Notes under the pieces: generated by a model
The model's database searches: none
Told to the model about the DNA's origin: nothing
The model's input: the letters and a program-made list of their open reading frames with translations, nothing else
Part shown: in pieces, positions 1 through 14,900 of the stretch
Layout of the letters: each line of letters opens with the position of its first letter
How positions within the stretch are numbered: position 1 is the first letter of the stretch
Made by a program: the position numbers and the translations under genes
NCBI GenBank assembly: GCA_039621445.1
Contig: CP154954.1
Location: 4,578,714 to 4,642,713, forward strand
Origin: Euglena gracilis
Taxonomy: Eukaryota
Reading direction: 5' to 3'
Length of the DNA: 64,000 bases

Positions 1-2957
1 AAACACAAGGTACTTTGTAAGGGTGAGTGCCAGTGTTTCAAATTCCTCTTCCAAATTGCTGTTCCATAAATGCTTGTGAAATTGTGCAAGTGGTGGGTGT
101 GCGCAAATGGGCAAATGGTCTGCTTGCGCATCTGTGCAAACCGACCATTTTTCCAACTCTTCGCACACGTGCCGTTTAGAGGATGCGGCATCTCTGCAGT
201 CCTTAAGTACAAATACAACTACCAGTACCCTCCGTCCTCCGACCGGGGGGGGGGGTGATCATTGGACATAGAGTTATGACCAAAAAGGTGTCCTCCGACC
301 GGTCACTGGATAGAGTCAAAAAAAGTCGGCAGGTATCCACCAACCAAAAAAGAAATTTTTCCTTCCCACGCTTTGCACCAAAAAAAATGGGGCAATTCTG
401 ACAAATTTTGCCAAAAAAAACTGGCAAAAATGACATTTTTGGCCAATTTTTCAACGATTTTGGACACAAATTTTTTTCGTCCTGGCACTTCGCACCTGGA
501 CAAAAATTTTGCCAACCCTCCGAAAAGGTTCCGACCACGAGGGGGAGGTCGTTGGACATAGAGGGGTTGTTGGACATGGGGGGTAAAATAACTTCTTGGC
601 ATCAGCAGTTGAACCTATGAAAAGAAAATTATTTCTAACCTCTGAAACACCAAAAATTCACTGCACTTCGAGGTTTTATCCTTAAAAAATGAGTTTAATG
701 CAGGGGGAAATGTGCGAGCATTCTTTCAAAAATTATGCTGGATTATGCAGGAGTATGCTAATTATGCGGAGTAAAAGTGAACAGAATTGCTGTTGTTCGC
801 ATTGATGTAAAATCGCAAACCTACAACTTTATCCTGAAATGCCAAAAAAAAACCCAAATTTGGCCCAGAAAAGCCCAAAAATGGCCTCATTGTTCCAATA
901 AAATTAACCTAAATCGACCCAAAATGGCCCCAAAATGAACCGAAAACAACCCAAATTGGTCTCAAACGGGACTATGAGGAATTATGAAAAATGGGACATT
1001 GGACTGGAGATGGCTCTATCCCTGCTTTACACCTAAAGTTGTCTCAGGCTTTACACCTGAAAAGCTTGTTTGTGGGTGGCAAAAAAAGTGTGATTTTGAT
1101 GATTTTTTTTATAAATTGGGTGTCCTTTTTTGCATGTTTTTTTGAGTAATTTTAACATTTTAGTGATTTTGTGTTTTTTTTTGTGTCAGGTTTTAAGCAT
1201 TTTCCAAGGCCAGGCTTGCGCAGTTGCACCCCCCCCCGTACCTGGTTTTTACAACTGAGCAAATGTAATTTTTTGGGGTAATTGCAATTATTTTTGAGTG
1301 TAAAAATGCAGCCATTTTGGCCCCTATCATGCATCCATTTCTGATAAGCAAAAAATCACGTCAGGGTATGGTCCCAGTGAGGATGCATTTGCACAATCGC
1401 GCAAACAAAAACAAAAAAAGTTGCTTGTACAATTGCGCAAAGGGGTGTAAATTAAAGCAAAAATGGGGGTGAATCTCGAATAAAGCACAAAAATTAGTTT
1501 CAGAATTGGCGTGATTGCGAAAAAAAACTTCTAAAATGCTTCAGTGTGAAATAGACCGCCTGAGAATGAAACAGAGAATGCAACAGAAACATCGGGGAAA
1601 ACACAAAAATTGACGAAATTGTGAGGCAAAAGGGCATTCACTGTGAAAGCAGTCAAAATCTACAAAAAAAAGGTGCCTGGAGGGCCTGATGAAGCGTTTG
1701 GTCAGTTTTTGAGTCAGTCTTTGAGTCAGATATTGACCTTGAAAAATATGCAAAAAAATTATGCAGGATTATGGGGTCAAATTTTTTGGCCCCTGTATAA
1801 TGCTCAACTATAATCCTGCGGAGAGAAAAAATGCAGAAAATGATCCAAAAATGACACAAAATGTTCTCTGAAACAGAAAGCAACAGCTTAAAATGCCTTT
1901 CTGGGACTTTTATTTTCAGATTTTCCAAACAAAACATATTATGCAGTCCACATTTACCCCCCCCACACGATTTAGCAATTTAGTGCCCTTCACCCCTAGT
2001 AAATTAGTCTAAAAATGAGGCACAGCACATTGGTTGTGAATGGTTGTGCCTGCTGACTTGGAAATGTTGGAGTTCAGGAGGCCATATAGCGCAATACCCC
2101 AACGCGCTTTATTTGACCTTCTCAGACATACTGCACAACAGCCCCGCTTTGTGGACATTGCTCTCCTACTATTGCCACCCTTGCCACGGAAGTCCTCGTT
2201 TCCATGATTTGAAAATTAAAATATTGGTCCACGTGCGCCATTTTACAAATCAACTATTAGAAATGGTTGATTTGCGCATTTGCACACACCAACCGCTCTT
2301 AAAAATATCCCCATTGCTCTTGGGAAGGGGTCCAGCAACACAGGAAATAGGAGAGAAAAATACCCCTGTGTCCTGGGTCAAGTTGGGCCCAACAGAGGAG
2401 GAGGTCAATTTAGGGATAACCGGACGAATCATCCAAAAAAATCGGGTCCATAAATTCTCCCCCCTTTAGGTGATTCCAATAAACCTAAAGTCACCGACAA
2501 CACCACACCAATTTTGAAAAGAAGGCCTGTTTCACAATTTTTTTCATTTCCAAACATTAGGCAGCCATTTGGAATCATGGGAAACAATGAGAATAATGCA
2601 GACAGGAAAAAAATGGAGAAGCAAAAGGAAAAAAGAGTGTCCATTGGTCGATAAGTGGGGGGGGGGGGTGCCGGGGTTTCATGCACTTTTGGCAAAATAT
2701 CTCATTTTAGGGAGGCCAACCCTGGGGTTTCACAAATCTGCGACATCTTTCGGACGGTCAAAAACACCAACCCCTCGGTGTCGGTGCTGGAAAATAATGA
2801 AAACCAACCATTGGAGGTCCGGTGTGTAACAAGAAGTCTAAAAACCTGGAATCCTCTAAAGCAAAACAAAAGGTCTCAAAGCGCAATAATTTGTACTCAA
2901 AATGTGATCTGGTGCCCCAGGACAGGAATATGGAAGCATGGACTTTGAAAGTTAGGT

Positions 2958-3374
2958 TCAACACTTTCGCACTGGCACGACAATGCTGAAGTGCAAGTTA
3001 CGCCGCCTAAGAGGTCCCCATCCGGCAATGTTTAATGTGTCTGTGTTTGTTTGTTTATTTGTGTACGTGCGTGGGTGCAGTGGGTCGGGATGGGTGTGGG
3101 TGGTGCGTGCGAGTGTGTATGTGTGTGTACGTGCATGCGGGCGGGCGGGCAGGCGGGCGCATGCGTGCGTGTGAGTGTGTGTGTGTGCGTGCATGCGTAC
3201 GTGTGTGTGTGTGTGTGTATGTGTGCACGCGCGTGCGTGTGTGCATGTGTGCATGCGTGCGTGCGCGCGCTTGTGTGTGCGTGTGCGCAAAGGCCTGCAA
3301 AGGCCCTGGGCTTGCAAAGGCCCCCCGCGTGCGTGCATGCATGTGTGTGTGTGTGTGTGTGTGCGCGCACGCGC

Positions 3375-3441
<67 letters not shown>

Positions 3442-5940
3442 CGTGCATGCATGTGTTTGTGTGTGTGTGTGTGTGTGTGCGTGTGTGCGTGCATGCATGT
3501 GTTTGTGTGTGTGTGTGTGTGTTGTGCATGTTCACATAACTGTGTGGCTGTCCACATTCATTCACATCTTGAGGAAAGCAGCCTCCCTGGCAAGTGCCAA
3601 ACTGGCACATAATACATAATGAATACAATCCGCCTAACCCTGAACATAGACAAAACCTGGGCCGTGGAATTTCATCACAGGAATATTCAGGGGCATGGCA
3701 GTACGCCATCATCACAAGTTGACCACTCATCATCCACTCATCCAGGTCATCAAATAGTGCTGCTGATAGCATTACGCTTCAGGCGCAACCCCATTGAAAA
3801 TGGACCTTGAAAAACAGAGACCCAGAAAGTCACAAAGTGGAGGTCTAACACAAGATCCTGCTAGCCGACCTGCAGAAGCTTCAGGAAAAAACTGTCCCCA
3901 CCGAACTTCAAGAAATTGTCACCTCAGAAGAGGGCTAACACAGGACCATGACAGTTTCTCAGGCAGTTTTTCTCAAGGTCCCAAAAAAAATCGACCCAAG
4001 GTTACCCAGAGTACTCAGAGTCAGTAAGTTGCGCACAGACGTTGCAAGCATGTCTCCATTTGGAATCCCACGCTTTTCAACGGAAGCCACAGCAGGGTAT
4101 GCCGCTCCTGGGCACCTCAGTCGGCACCCAGTGATCGGTGTGATGCTGGACACGGTGTGGCACTTCACAGGCACCACACGCATCAGCCCGCCGAAATGGG
4201 GCCTGGGCTCAACGACCCATTGTTAAGTCTTGCAGAGGGCCTACAGAGCAGAGTCCAAATCTCAGAACCCAAACTATCACTGGAGGCATGCCTTCCCCCC
4301 CAGAGGCCGGCTTCGACCAAGTTGACACCCTTAGATGAGGTCTCCAAACTGTTGTAACAGTTCCAGGTGGGCCAACTTCCTTGGGGGAGGGGTACCTGTG
4401 GGTTTGGCCAGGGCAAATCAACAAGACCCACAGAGGAATAGGTCGCCGGACAAAAAGATGAACTGCAACCGGGTCAGAAAACCTTCTGCGTCCACCAGTG
4501 CAGCCGTCCAGGATTCGCCCCTAGACGTGCACACAGAATGCAGATTACGAGGGGGAAGGTGGGTCAGGACGACGTGCATATATAGACGACGTGATGGGTC
4601 CTCTGGTGGGCAGGGCATTGTTGAAAGTAATTCCGTGCTACAGGTTTCAAAAGCGATACCTTTAGGTTGGTTGAAAAAGATGAGGGGTTGGGGATTTCGC
4701 CCCCTCGGATCAATTTCTGTTCCGCACTGGCAAAAAAGGCGCACCGGAAACCACCAGGAGGCCAGGAGGTCAACCGAACTGCAGAAATATCATCCTGGGA
4801 CAGGATTGGCACCCCCCCCCCACCACCATAACACGCCTGCAAAGCAATACCAGATGCAAAATGTCCGAACTGGTCCAAAACACCGAACTGGTCATGGGTT
4901 CCCCTTTGGACTGAAGTATTTCCAGAGTATGATGAAGAATGTGTGGTTGGTGGGTGGAGCGGTGGTTTTGACTGACTTCGTCACTCAAAAATTCCTGCTG
5001 CCACTGGCTCTGAACGGGGGAAGAATAAAAAGAAAGGCTCAAGGACGGGACCAGGTCGACAAACCACGACCATCTGTGGCTCCAACCAGCCACAGAGTCT
5101 GGTCATGGGGTTTACTTTGGGCCAAACAATGCCTGAGCTGCAGTGTGCCACTCCCGGAGGAAAGCGGACCCCACCGGGACACAGCGGCAAAGCCGTGTGG
5201 CCCGCGGTGCCAACGTCGTTCAGTCAGTTCAGTCAGGTCAAAGATGACAAACAGGTGGATGACCTCAGTGCCATATGTACTCCGGGCGGCCAGCGCCGGC
5301 GCCACCTGTGGCAGTCCACCGTTGTGACACGGTGGAGGTTTTAGACGCTTTGCGGGACAGACGTGTGGGGGGGAATGGGGTGCCAGCGATTAAAATGGGA
5401 ATACAGAATAGACAGATTTGCAACGCTATATGCGAGGTTTGTAGTGTTTTAATTCCATGGCAGAGCACACTGAGAAGTTCCCAACCTCACAAGAAGACCC
5501 AAGAAGGGTCTCTATTAAAAAAAAGGGTACGTTGGGTGCAAACGTTAACTTCCAACTTTCGGGCCACTGGCCAACCACACCACCGCCATCCACACCCACG
5601 GTGGCCTAGTTGGCACTCTGACGCACGTAGCACCCCGACGCCTTATCGAGCGTCTGCAGCAAAGTCCCATCCTTCACACGGACCTCTGACACCAGGCTGT
5701 CGGCCACCACAGGCTCAGCACGCAGCAGGTGGGCCTCCCGGCGGAAGCCAAGTGGGCACCGACAATGGTGGGGGGGGGGGGCCTAATTGGACTCCAACAC
5801 CAGAAGTGTGAACGCCCTGGTGGGGGGTGTTGGCTGAGCAGGTACCCCGCCGGAGGCGGGGTTTTTCTATGTTTTTACATATATATTTATATTTTTATAT
5901 TTTATATTATTTTTTTATATCGTACATATTTTATATATAT

Positions 5941-5974
<34 letters not shown>

Positions 5975-8900
5975 GATAGCAATTCCAACGATGTTCCAAC
6001 GATAGCAAAAGGCACTTCCCTGGAAGCCAACATTAACATGGTCATAATGTGTGTGGGGTCTTTACAGTGCAGCCCTGCCTGTCATCGGGGGATGCCAGCA
6101 ACCAGTGTGGACAGGGCAGGCCGGAATTGTTCTCGGTCTGACGGCAGAAAAGCAGTCCACCCACCCTGATGAGGGTTCCTTCGAATTTGTTGATGTTGTC
6201 TTGGGACGAAGCTCCCCTGTGTCCCAGCAATCAACCACCTGGCCATAGGAAACTTTTTGAACATTACTTCGGAGGAAAGACTCTTTCAGTGCCTTCGACG
6301 GCAAAGGAAAATGACCTTAAAATTGGCGCACCCAGAATACATGAAGGGGGGGTTGGACTCCCAGAATAGGGGGGTGGGGTGTTGACCCCCCATACAGCCC
6401 TGCCGATGGATTAAAGACGCACTGAGTGACGCTGCGTGCTGCTCGCGGGTCAGGCGTTTGGCGCACTGCAGGGACCTCACGGGGCGTGGGGAACGAGGCA
6501 GTTTTCCAGATTGGGAAATGGCTGGCGAATGAAGGTGCGCTATGGGGGGTACACATTGAAAAAATATACCAAAGACTGCCATTTGGCTGAGTTGGAGCAC
6601 CGTTGATGGCACACACCGGCGTTTCTCCATTCAACGGCAGCGGGTCAAACCTGCCAACCGCAGTTGACCTGGGGGGGGGGGGGTGAGTGGGTTCCCAAGA
6701 ACCCAAGAACCCCAGGTCACTACGTCCTGGCCAAAATTCGGAAATTTTATCAGGGGTTTTCGGCCAATTTTGGGAGGGGTCTTTTCAGTGCATTACTGAA
6801 ACAATAAATTGGGAACCTATCTTTTCGTTCGTGATTTCTGGTTGGAAAATCTTGAAATGTTGTTGGGATATGTTGGGATCTGTCCGGGTTTGTCAGGATG
6901 ATTTGTTGGTCCGCACCTCCGGGAGATCCAAAGACTGCGGGGTGAGTCTCCCCGATCGTTATTTAGAAGGATTTGATTGAGGCAAATGATGTGTGGTACA
7001 CAATGCCGTGAAATCAAAATATGTGAGTTCCTTGTCCGGACAGTTTCGGTGTAACTTGACCCCTCCTGTTTGTCACCCTTCGAGCTCCACCATTGGCAAT
7101 GACAGTTGTTTGCTGGCAACCAACCTCCTAATTGGCACCTGCCAGATCACACACCCCTTCAAACCTGTGTGTCTCCCTTGAAAAAATGAGGTGCCTGATT
7201 GTCCAGTGGCTGCCCGGGTTCTATGCTGCCAGCCTTGCTGTCCTCCTCGGTGGACGACTAGAGTACAGGACTCCTCCGTTGCATCATCTGGGCGCCACGG
7301 ATGCGGACACATCCGCATTCACTCCGCGCTTTTTCACAGACACAAGTGGCGCATTTTGCTCCAAGACTTAGCTGCAAGACCTTCTCCCTCTGACCCGGAC
7401 CCGAGAACAGGTCAGCAAGTACAATACAGCAAGTACAGGGCGTTAATGACAGTTTTCCAGGGAGGACAGCTTCCGAGGGGGGGGGGGTAATATTTGGGGT
7501 GGTTTAGACCAACAACACAAAAAATGTCTGCCGTGGACGAGTCAGGGGCCAGGAGGCTGCCTGGGCCGGCTCGCCGCCGCACCGCAAAGCCCAGCCGTGC
7601 CGCAAAGCCCGGCAGCCGTCGGGGCGAGGGGTCCGCCGGAGTCACGGCCAGCAGGGGGAGGGCCCCCCTCGGCTCACTGGGGTGGGCGGAGGTGGGGCGG
7701 CGGTGGGGGACGGGGCGCCGGGAGTCGCGACCCGAGGGGAGCCGGCAGTCGGAGAAGGCCCAGTTTGGGGGGGGGGGGGCGACCTCCACCCACCACGGCA
7801 CCTCGCAGGTGAAAATTCATGCAGCGGCGAAAAGGCCTGAAGGTTCGGGATGGGGGGCCCCCACCACCCATCCCTTGGAATCCCTTTTGGAGCCCTGCGG
7901 ATCAGGCACCCACCCACCAAACCACTTTGCGGGGGTTCAAGATTGGGGCAAAGAAATTTTCGGCAGTTCGCAAAAAAAAGATGGAAGTCCTCTCCAGGAG
8001 GGGGGACAGAACATGGACCCTCCAAAAACGCGACATGAAAACGGAAAAAAAAGGAAATAAACACAAATAAATGCAAGTTGCATATAAACTCCTTCACGAG
8101 CTCCCCCGGGATGGAGACTTTTCTGCTGCAAAATAACTTCGAAAAATATCAGGTTCTCCAGAGAAACTTTTTCATTGTGCAACTGATTTTGATAGGTTTT
8201 TGATAGACTTTGGGATTGTGCCAATTCCAGTATCACACAATTTGTTGGTAAAACACCCCTAGAATCTCGGCCCAACCCACACCCCGACACCAACAACATA
8301 AAGAAAAGAATCATACAGGAAATGACTGTGGGACGTCCACCCTGTTCGCCAGAGACAAAATGGAAATGCAAAATCCAAAATCTGTCCAAGTTCGACCGAT
8401 TGTGAGGTCAGCTGGCCTCCTGCATGTTGGGTTGGCTTTTCCCGGAGGTTCCTGAAGGCAGATGAGAGGCACTGCAAGACCAAGAATACCTGAGACGGGG
8501 GTGGGGGCGACTCCGTGCTCCTTCCGGTGCCGGGCAACTGGCCGGCAGAGCGCGGGACCGCGGACCCCATGCCTGCAGAGCTGGCCGGTGGCGGCCGGGG
8601 TGCGGCACAGAGGCTTTGTTTTGTTCTTTTCAAGGAACCGGGTTGGGGGGGGGGGTCGGCACCCAATGAACCTGAGGGGGGGCATCTGGGTGTTTGTGGG
8701 CAGAGGTCTTTTTTTAGGACCCGGGGGGACCAGACCCACCCACCCACCCCCAGGGGGGGAGCCCATGGGGGGGGGGGGGGCTCGGCGGGCCTCTTTTAGG
8801 GTGTCAATTTTGGAGTCCCAAATTTTGGGACTAGATGGAAACTCCTGTGGAGCCTGTGTGTAACGCCTGTGGGGTGTCCGTTCGGCCCACCCCCCCCCTG

Positions 8901-11900
8901 GGTCACCAAACTTAAATAAAAAAAAGAATCTCTGGTTGGGGGGGGGGGGGCAGCGCTGTGAGGGGATTGGCCAAAACGTCGGCACTTCACGTCAAAAATA
9001 GTGGAAACCTGTGGGAGGTGGTGCCCACCAGCCGGACTCGCAGCCGTGGGGGGGGAAGGTGCACTCCCCCGGTGACCAAGCTGTAAAAAATCTCTGGAGC
9101 AGTTGTTTAAAAGACCCCGGGGAGAGGAGGGGATCACATCATCTCCAAAAAAAATTTTCCGCCCGTGTTGGGGGGGAGGGGTCTTTTGAATTAAAAAGAA
9201 GCCTAAGTGGGGCGGCTGGGGAAGCGGCGGTGGTGCTGGGGCGTGTGGGGGCAGACCGGCGCCGTTTGCACTCTGCCGGGGGAACGGTGAGGAGCCGGCG
9301 GTGGCTCCCGGGCGCTGTGCTCCCGATGACGGCACACAAATGGCATGTGCTTCCTGGGACGATGACGGATGGCGTGCCGATGGACGATTCCGAATGCAAA
9401 GCCTAAAGGTTTGTAAGTTTTTTGAAACAAAGATGCATTGTACGCCATTTTTGGGAAGCATGGCCGGCGCAGCCACCAGTGAAGAAAAAAACAACAACGT
9501 TCTAACAAATGGTTATTTGGACCCGTTGCAGAGAATTTTGTTTGCAAAATTCTACAACCGGTGGTTGTCCAAAAAAATCCGTGATCCATCAGCTTTGACT
9601 TGGTAATCCCACCACACACAAGTTGCACACATACACACACGTGCCCCACACACCAAACACACACACACACACACACACACATACCACCACCACCACCACC
9701 ACCACCACCACCACCACCACCACCACCACCACCACCACCACCACCACCACCAATACCACCACCACGCACGCAAGCACTCATCAGATAGAGGTCACACACA
9801 CGCGTGCGTGCACACACAAACACGCATGCATGCACACCACAAATCACACACACACACACACACACACACCACACCATACCGCACCCCACCCCACCCTTTG
9901 GGGAGTTCTATTGTGCAACCAAACATCTTTCCAACAACAATACTGGATGAACAGTGCTGGACCTACCTTGCAAATGCAGGATCATCTTCACCACCATTTT
10001 GCCAGTTTCGTCCGTAGTTGATTGCCCCTGCTTGACCAGAAATGAGAGGTGATTCTGTTTGTGAACTATTTCACCAACACTACTTATGTTCTCTGACGTT
10101 CTCAAATTGCACTGAAAGTGGGGTCAACGTTTTGTTGTGCTGACATCCGCTATCAACTATCGGAAGCAATGTTGGCTTGTTTGTGGTGTGGTGTGGTGTG
10201 GTGTGGTGTGGTGTGGTGTGGTGTGGTGTGGTGTGGTGTGGTGTGGTGTGGTGTGGTGTGGTGTGGTGTGGTGTGGTGTGGTGTGGTGTGGTGTGGTGCG
10301 GTGTGGTGTGGTGCGGTGTGGTGTGGTGCGGTGCGGTGTGGTGTGGTGCAAGGGAAAAAATGCGCACGGAGCCAGACATGATCCCCCATTGGCAGGCATG
10401 GAGTTCGCATCGGTCTCACAAACGTCAGGCTTGGGTCGCGCAAACAGCCTCATTTTCCCCTCCCTTTTAAGCCAAATGTGTCTGGGACGATTTTCATCTG
10501 GACAAACAGCCAGCAAGGACCACACTGTGAAGATAACCATCAGCGTCCCTGGAATTTCTTTGAACCCTCTGCACATGTAGCTACTTTTGTACATATAAAA
10601 AAGTAAATAAAAATAAAAAGGTAAATAAATAATCATAAACAAATAATAAATAAAAAGGTGAATAAATGATAGTAAACAAATAATAAATAAAAAGGTCCAT
10701 TTCCAGTTCAATCAATGAGTTGTAGACCAAATGCCAGCGGTGAGGTTATTTAGGCGGTGGGATCAACCAATTGCGGACGAGGTTGGAGAGGACACTGGAA
10801 AAGAGCCCAATTGTCCGATAGCTAATTAAAAACCCGAAAATTGGATCAGTCAACTCATTCAGCTTCTTGGGGCCCTTGTTAGGGGGATGAGTTGGGTGTT
10901 TTTTTTGCGCCACCCGAGTCCGAGACCTCACCCAGGCTCGAGGCGGGCGACTCAGACGCCTCCGACCGCAGCCGCGACAGGCGGCGCTCCACCGCCCCCG
11001 GCGACACCGGCGGGATGCCCCCACGCTGCCACGGCCGAGTGAGTCAGCCCCACATGCCCCGGGCAACGGGTGGGCAGTCGCGCTTGTTTGGCCCAGGGTT
11101 CGACCTGGCCTCGGGGAATTTTGCTTTGTAGGTCGCCCTCACCTTCTGGGAGGTGGGGGGGTTGCTCAGGGTAGGTGGGGGGTACGGATCCCCTCCCCAG
11201 CTAAGGAGAGGGATCTCCCCTTGTAGACAGTGGCACGGGCACAGTGGACCATTTTCAGCCTGTTGCCGTGCCGGGCTAAAAATTATGTACCCGCAAGAAT
11301 TCCACTCAAAATGCAGTTTTGGGGGCGTTTGACAAAAATTTTGTCAGAATTGTCAAATACTTTGGTATGAGGTGCCAAAAGGAGAAACTTGACCTGGCTG
11401 GAAATCCATCATCCACGCCAGAAGCAAAAGAAATTTGCAAATTACAGTTTAATCTTCAGGTACAAAAAGGATACGACCTCTGACATGACCGGGACAGCTG
11501 AGCCCAGGCAATCATCTAAATCTCGATAAGAAATAATTCAGAAAACGATTGAATTTATGCATGATTGGTCAGAAGCAGAAAAAAAGAACATTCACAAAAA
11601 AATCTCGATGAAGTTTCTAAAAGTGGCGCTACCCCCAGCAATTTCCCGGCTGAGACCGAGGCCCACGGCGTCACTGGCTGGGGGGGGGGGGGTGGCAGCC
11701 TGAACGGCCCACGCCAGGGCCACCAGCTCTGGCACCGCCACGTTGCTGGGGTGGAACACGAAGCGAGGGCGGGGGGTGGAAGGGTCGTCAGCGTGGCGCA
11801 CGGCCCCGGCTCGAGGCACCTCGAACGTTGGATATTGGCCCATATCGGGTTTGTCGAAAACCTTGAATTTATCGGGTCCCGAAAAAATATCGTGAAAGAT

Positions 11901-14900
11901 CGGCTTTATTGGGGGGGGGGGTACCTGCCTTTTTGTTGTTTTGGGGCGATTTTGGGACTCTCCCAAACACAAAAATGAGGATACCGGGGCGCAAAATGAT
12001 CATATCGGTTTTATCGACTTTTATCGACGATATCGGGGTGTCAATCTATCCAAAATTTATCGGGATACCCCCAAAAACCAATATCAATATCCATCCTTGC
12101 TGGCCCTGACATCCGACGGAATGGGCCGCCAGCGTCAGAACCTGCAAACCACACCTACGCTCGCATTCCTTTCTTTCCGGGTTTCGGGGAACCTTTTCTG
12201 TGCCAGCAACTCCCTCGACCGACCAGAATCGACACACTTTTCTTTCCCCGCTGTGAGGGGCTGAACAGAAAAAGTTGCTGTTCCTTCGGAAAACGTTGAT
12301 GCTACCCCCAAAAAAACTCAACCCTGCCCCCCCCCCAGACAAAAAGAACCCCAGAAAGCCGACCAAAAAAAATGTCCAAAATAGCCCCCCCCCCCCCCCG
12401 CAAATTGAAGCCCCCCTCTTCCCCGGACAGCGCATAGCGTTGCAAAAAAAAATTGCCAGAAATTAACAGAAAACTCTAATTTCAAGCACACAAAAGATGA
12501 AACTTCTGGTCTCTTGCTACTTTTGAGGCAAAAAAAACATAACAAATCCAATAAGACAAAAGAAGACGAAGGCCCCAGAATAAGGCCCAAATTGTATTTT
12601 TGGGTCTAATAATAGCAAAATCTGGAAGGGTTTTAAATATTTACCTTGATCGATCAGGGTGTCCAAAGCATCGTTTTCTGGGTCCTGTTTAAAAAAGAAT
12701 TCCCTTCGTCACTTAGGGTCAAAAACATACAATTTTTTACCGACCCCCCCCGGGGGGGAGGGGGACCACTCCACTTTTCGAAAAAAACAGTCAGTCACTT
12801 TTTTGGGGGGAAACCAGTCAGTCACTACCCTGGGGGGGGGGGGTCGGCCACTCTGGAATTCAAAGGAAAATGGACCAAAAAACCTGAAAAAAAGGCCAAA
12901 AAAATTTCCGGCGCCTTCGGGTCACTTTAGAGTTTTTGCCGACCCCCCCCCGGGGGGGAGGGGGTCCGGGCCAAAAACCAGTCGGTCACTCTGACAAAAC
13001 CAGTCACCCACCTCCCCGGGGGGGGGGGGGGGGGGGTTGGTCAGTGACTAAGTGATTGACTGGTCAATAAGTTGCAATAAATTGAAACATATTTAATAAA
13101 ACTTCACAAACTCGGGGAAAATGAAGGAAGATATCATCTGAAATGGCTGCTTTGCAAAAATCCGCTTTTCTTGAAACTTCTATTTATTAAGAAGCAGAGT
13201 TCCGCAGCTGAATAAGTTTGGCTTGAACTAAGTTTGGGATAAAATGGGGAGGGTTCTTTGTGTTTCATGTTCTGTGTGTAAATATACATGTACGTTGACA
13301 TTTACATTACATCTACAATCACATTCACATTTTCATGTACATTTTGGACGTGGCAGTCAGTGCACACACACACCACAGTGACAGCTAAACCCACCTCCCA
13401 AATAATACCCCGCCGGGTATTAATTTTTCGCCCGAAGTCCAGGCAGGAGGGGGGGGGGGTACCATTGGGGGGGGGGGGGGGATAGCTCCTCAAATTTTTC
13501 GAAATCTTTCGAAGTCCGAGAGGACCCAAAATAGCACCGAAAACCCCCCTTTGGGGTCATTATTACTTTCACATGAAATTTAACATTTTTGGAGGCCAGA
13601 AGATCCAGAAAAGTTGATATTGTTGCAATTTATCGTCAGAAATGTTGATTTTTATCCACATTTTCAGGGCAAAATCTTGGTCGCCTGCCCGAATAATGGG
13701 GGGGGATTGACTCGGACGGCGAAGTCAGACCCCAAGGGGGGGGGGATTACTTGGGGTGAGGGTTCACCCAGTGTGCTAGATACCAATATTTTAAAAAAAA
13801 TATAGACAACTGGTTGAATTTTTGTCCCATTTTAAATTTTTTAAAATGTAATTGCTTTTATGATGCCAAATAAGCTTGTGAGACAAGCAAACTCTTCCTC
13901 CTTTTGAGGAGGCAAAGGTGTGACGCTCAACGCTCTTGCAATATAAGCCGTGACCAAGTCGCTGTGCTTTCCATTCCCGCAGAGCCCGGCGATATGCGGC
14001 GTGCCGCTCTCTGTAGAGGGTCTGCACTGTTCCCTCCTTCAGCTCCTGGGCAGGGCGCTGCTGACCGGCATCGTGCGAGACACATGATGAAAATCCCCTT
14101 TGGAGTCCTGCGGCCAATTCCCATGCGGCCATTCCTATCCAGCTGGGCTGAATTTCGCAAACCCCAGGGAGGGCACGGGTCTCCAACAACCCCCCCCCCC
14201 AGGCACTAACCCCCCCATGGGGGGTTAGTGCCTGCCTGGCGGTGGGCAGCAATTCACCAAATAAAAAACGGGGCCTTTCTAGACTGATGGCACATTTGGC
14301 GCATGAAGAGACTTGGCCTTGGCCCAGTGCTCAACTTTTGGCAATGCGCCCCCTCACTCAGGGGGGAGAGGTGTGGTTTCTGGTGCCTTGCAGTGCCAGC
14401 CCAGGCATGCACCCCCCCCCCCCGTTCGTTGCACTAAGGCTTCTTGTCTCTTTATGGCCGGCGCTAGTTTCGTTTCTGGCCCAGTTTACTGAAAATACAG
14501 TCTGCCAACGGGGGTGGGCCATGCCCCCCAAAAAAACAGCCTGAACTCGACTGCAAAGAAGCAGCAGCCGGGTCATCAGGGACAATCGTCGGACAAACAC
14601 AGGCCTCTTCTTTGGCGCAGGGGGAAATCATTCCACGGCAAAACTTTCCGAAAAGTGTTGAAAAAAATGGTGGACAGTTGCGTTGTGTGGATGTTGCGTT
14701 TGATGAACAAGGACCAGACAGACTAGATGGATTTCAAAATTTTTGAATACATATTCAGGGGCCGAGAGTCGAACAAAACTGGACATCTTTTCTTGGTGGG
14801 GGATTTCCACATTTGCATTCCCCTCGGGTTCGACCCTCCCCTCCCTTTCTGTTCTCCCCGAGGTCGTTGATGCTCAGATCAAAAAAAAATTTCGAACCAC

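Noticed and set aside
4335-5327. 330-aa plus-strand ORF
   Set aside because: No motifs; lies antisense to probable host exons.
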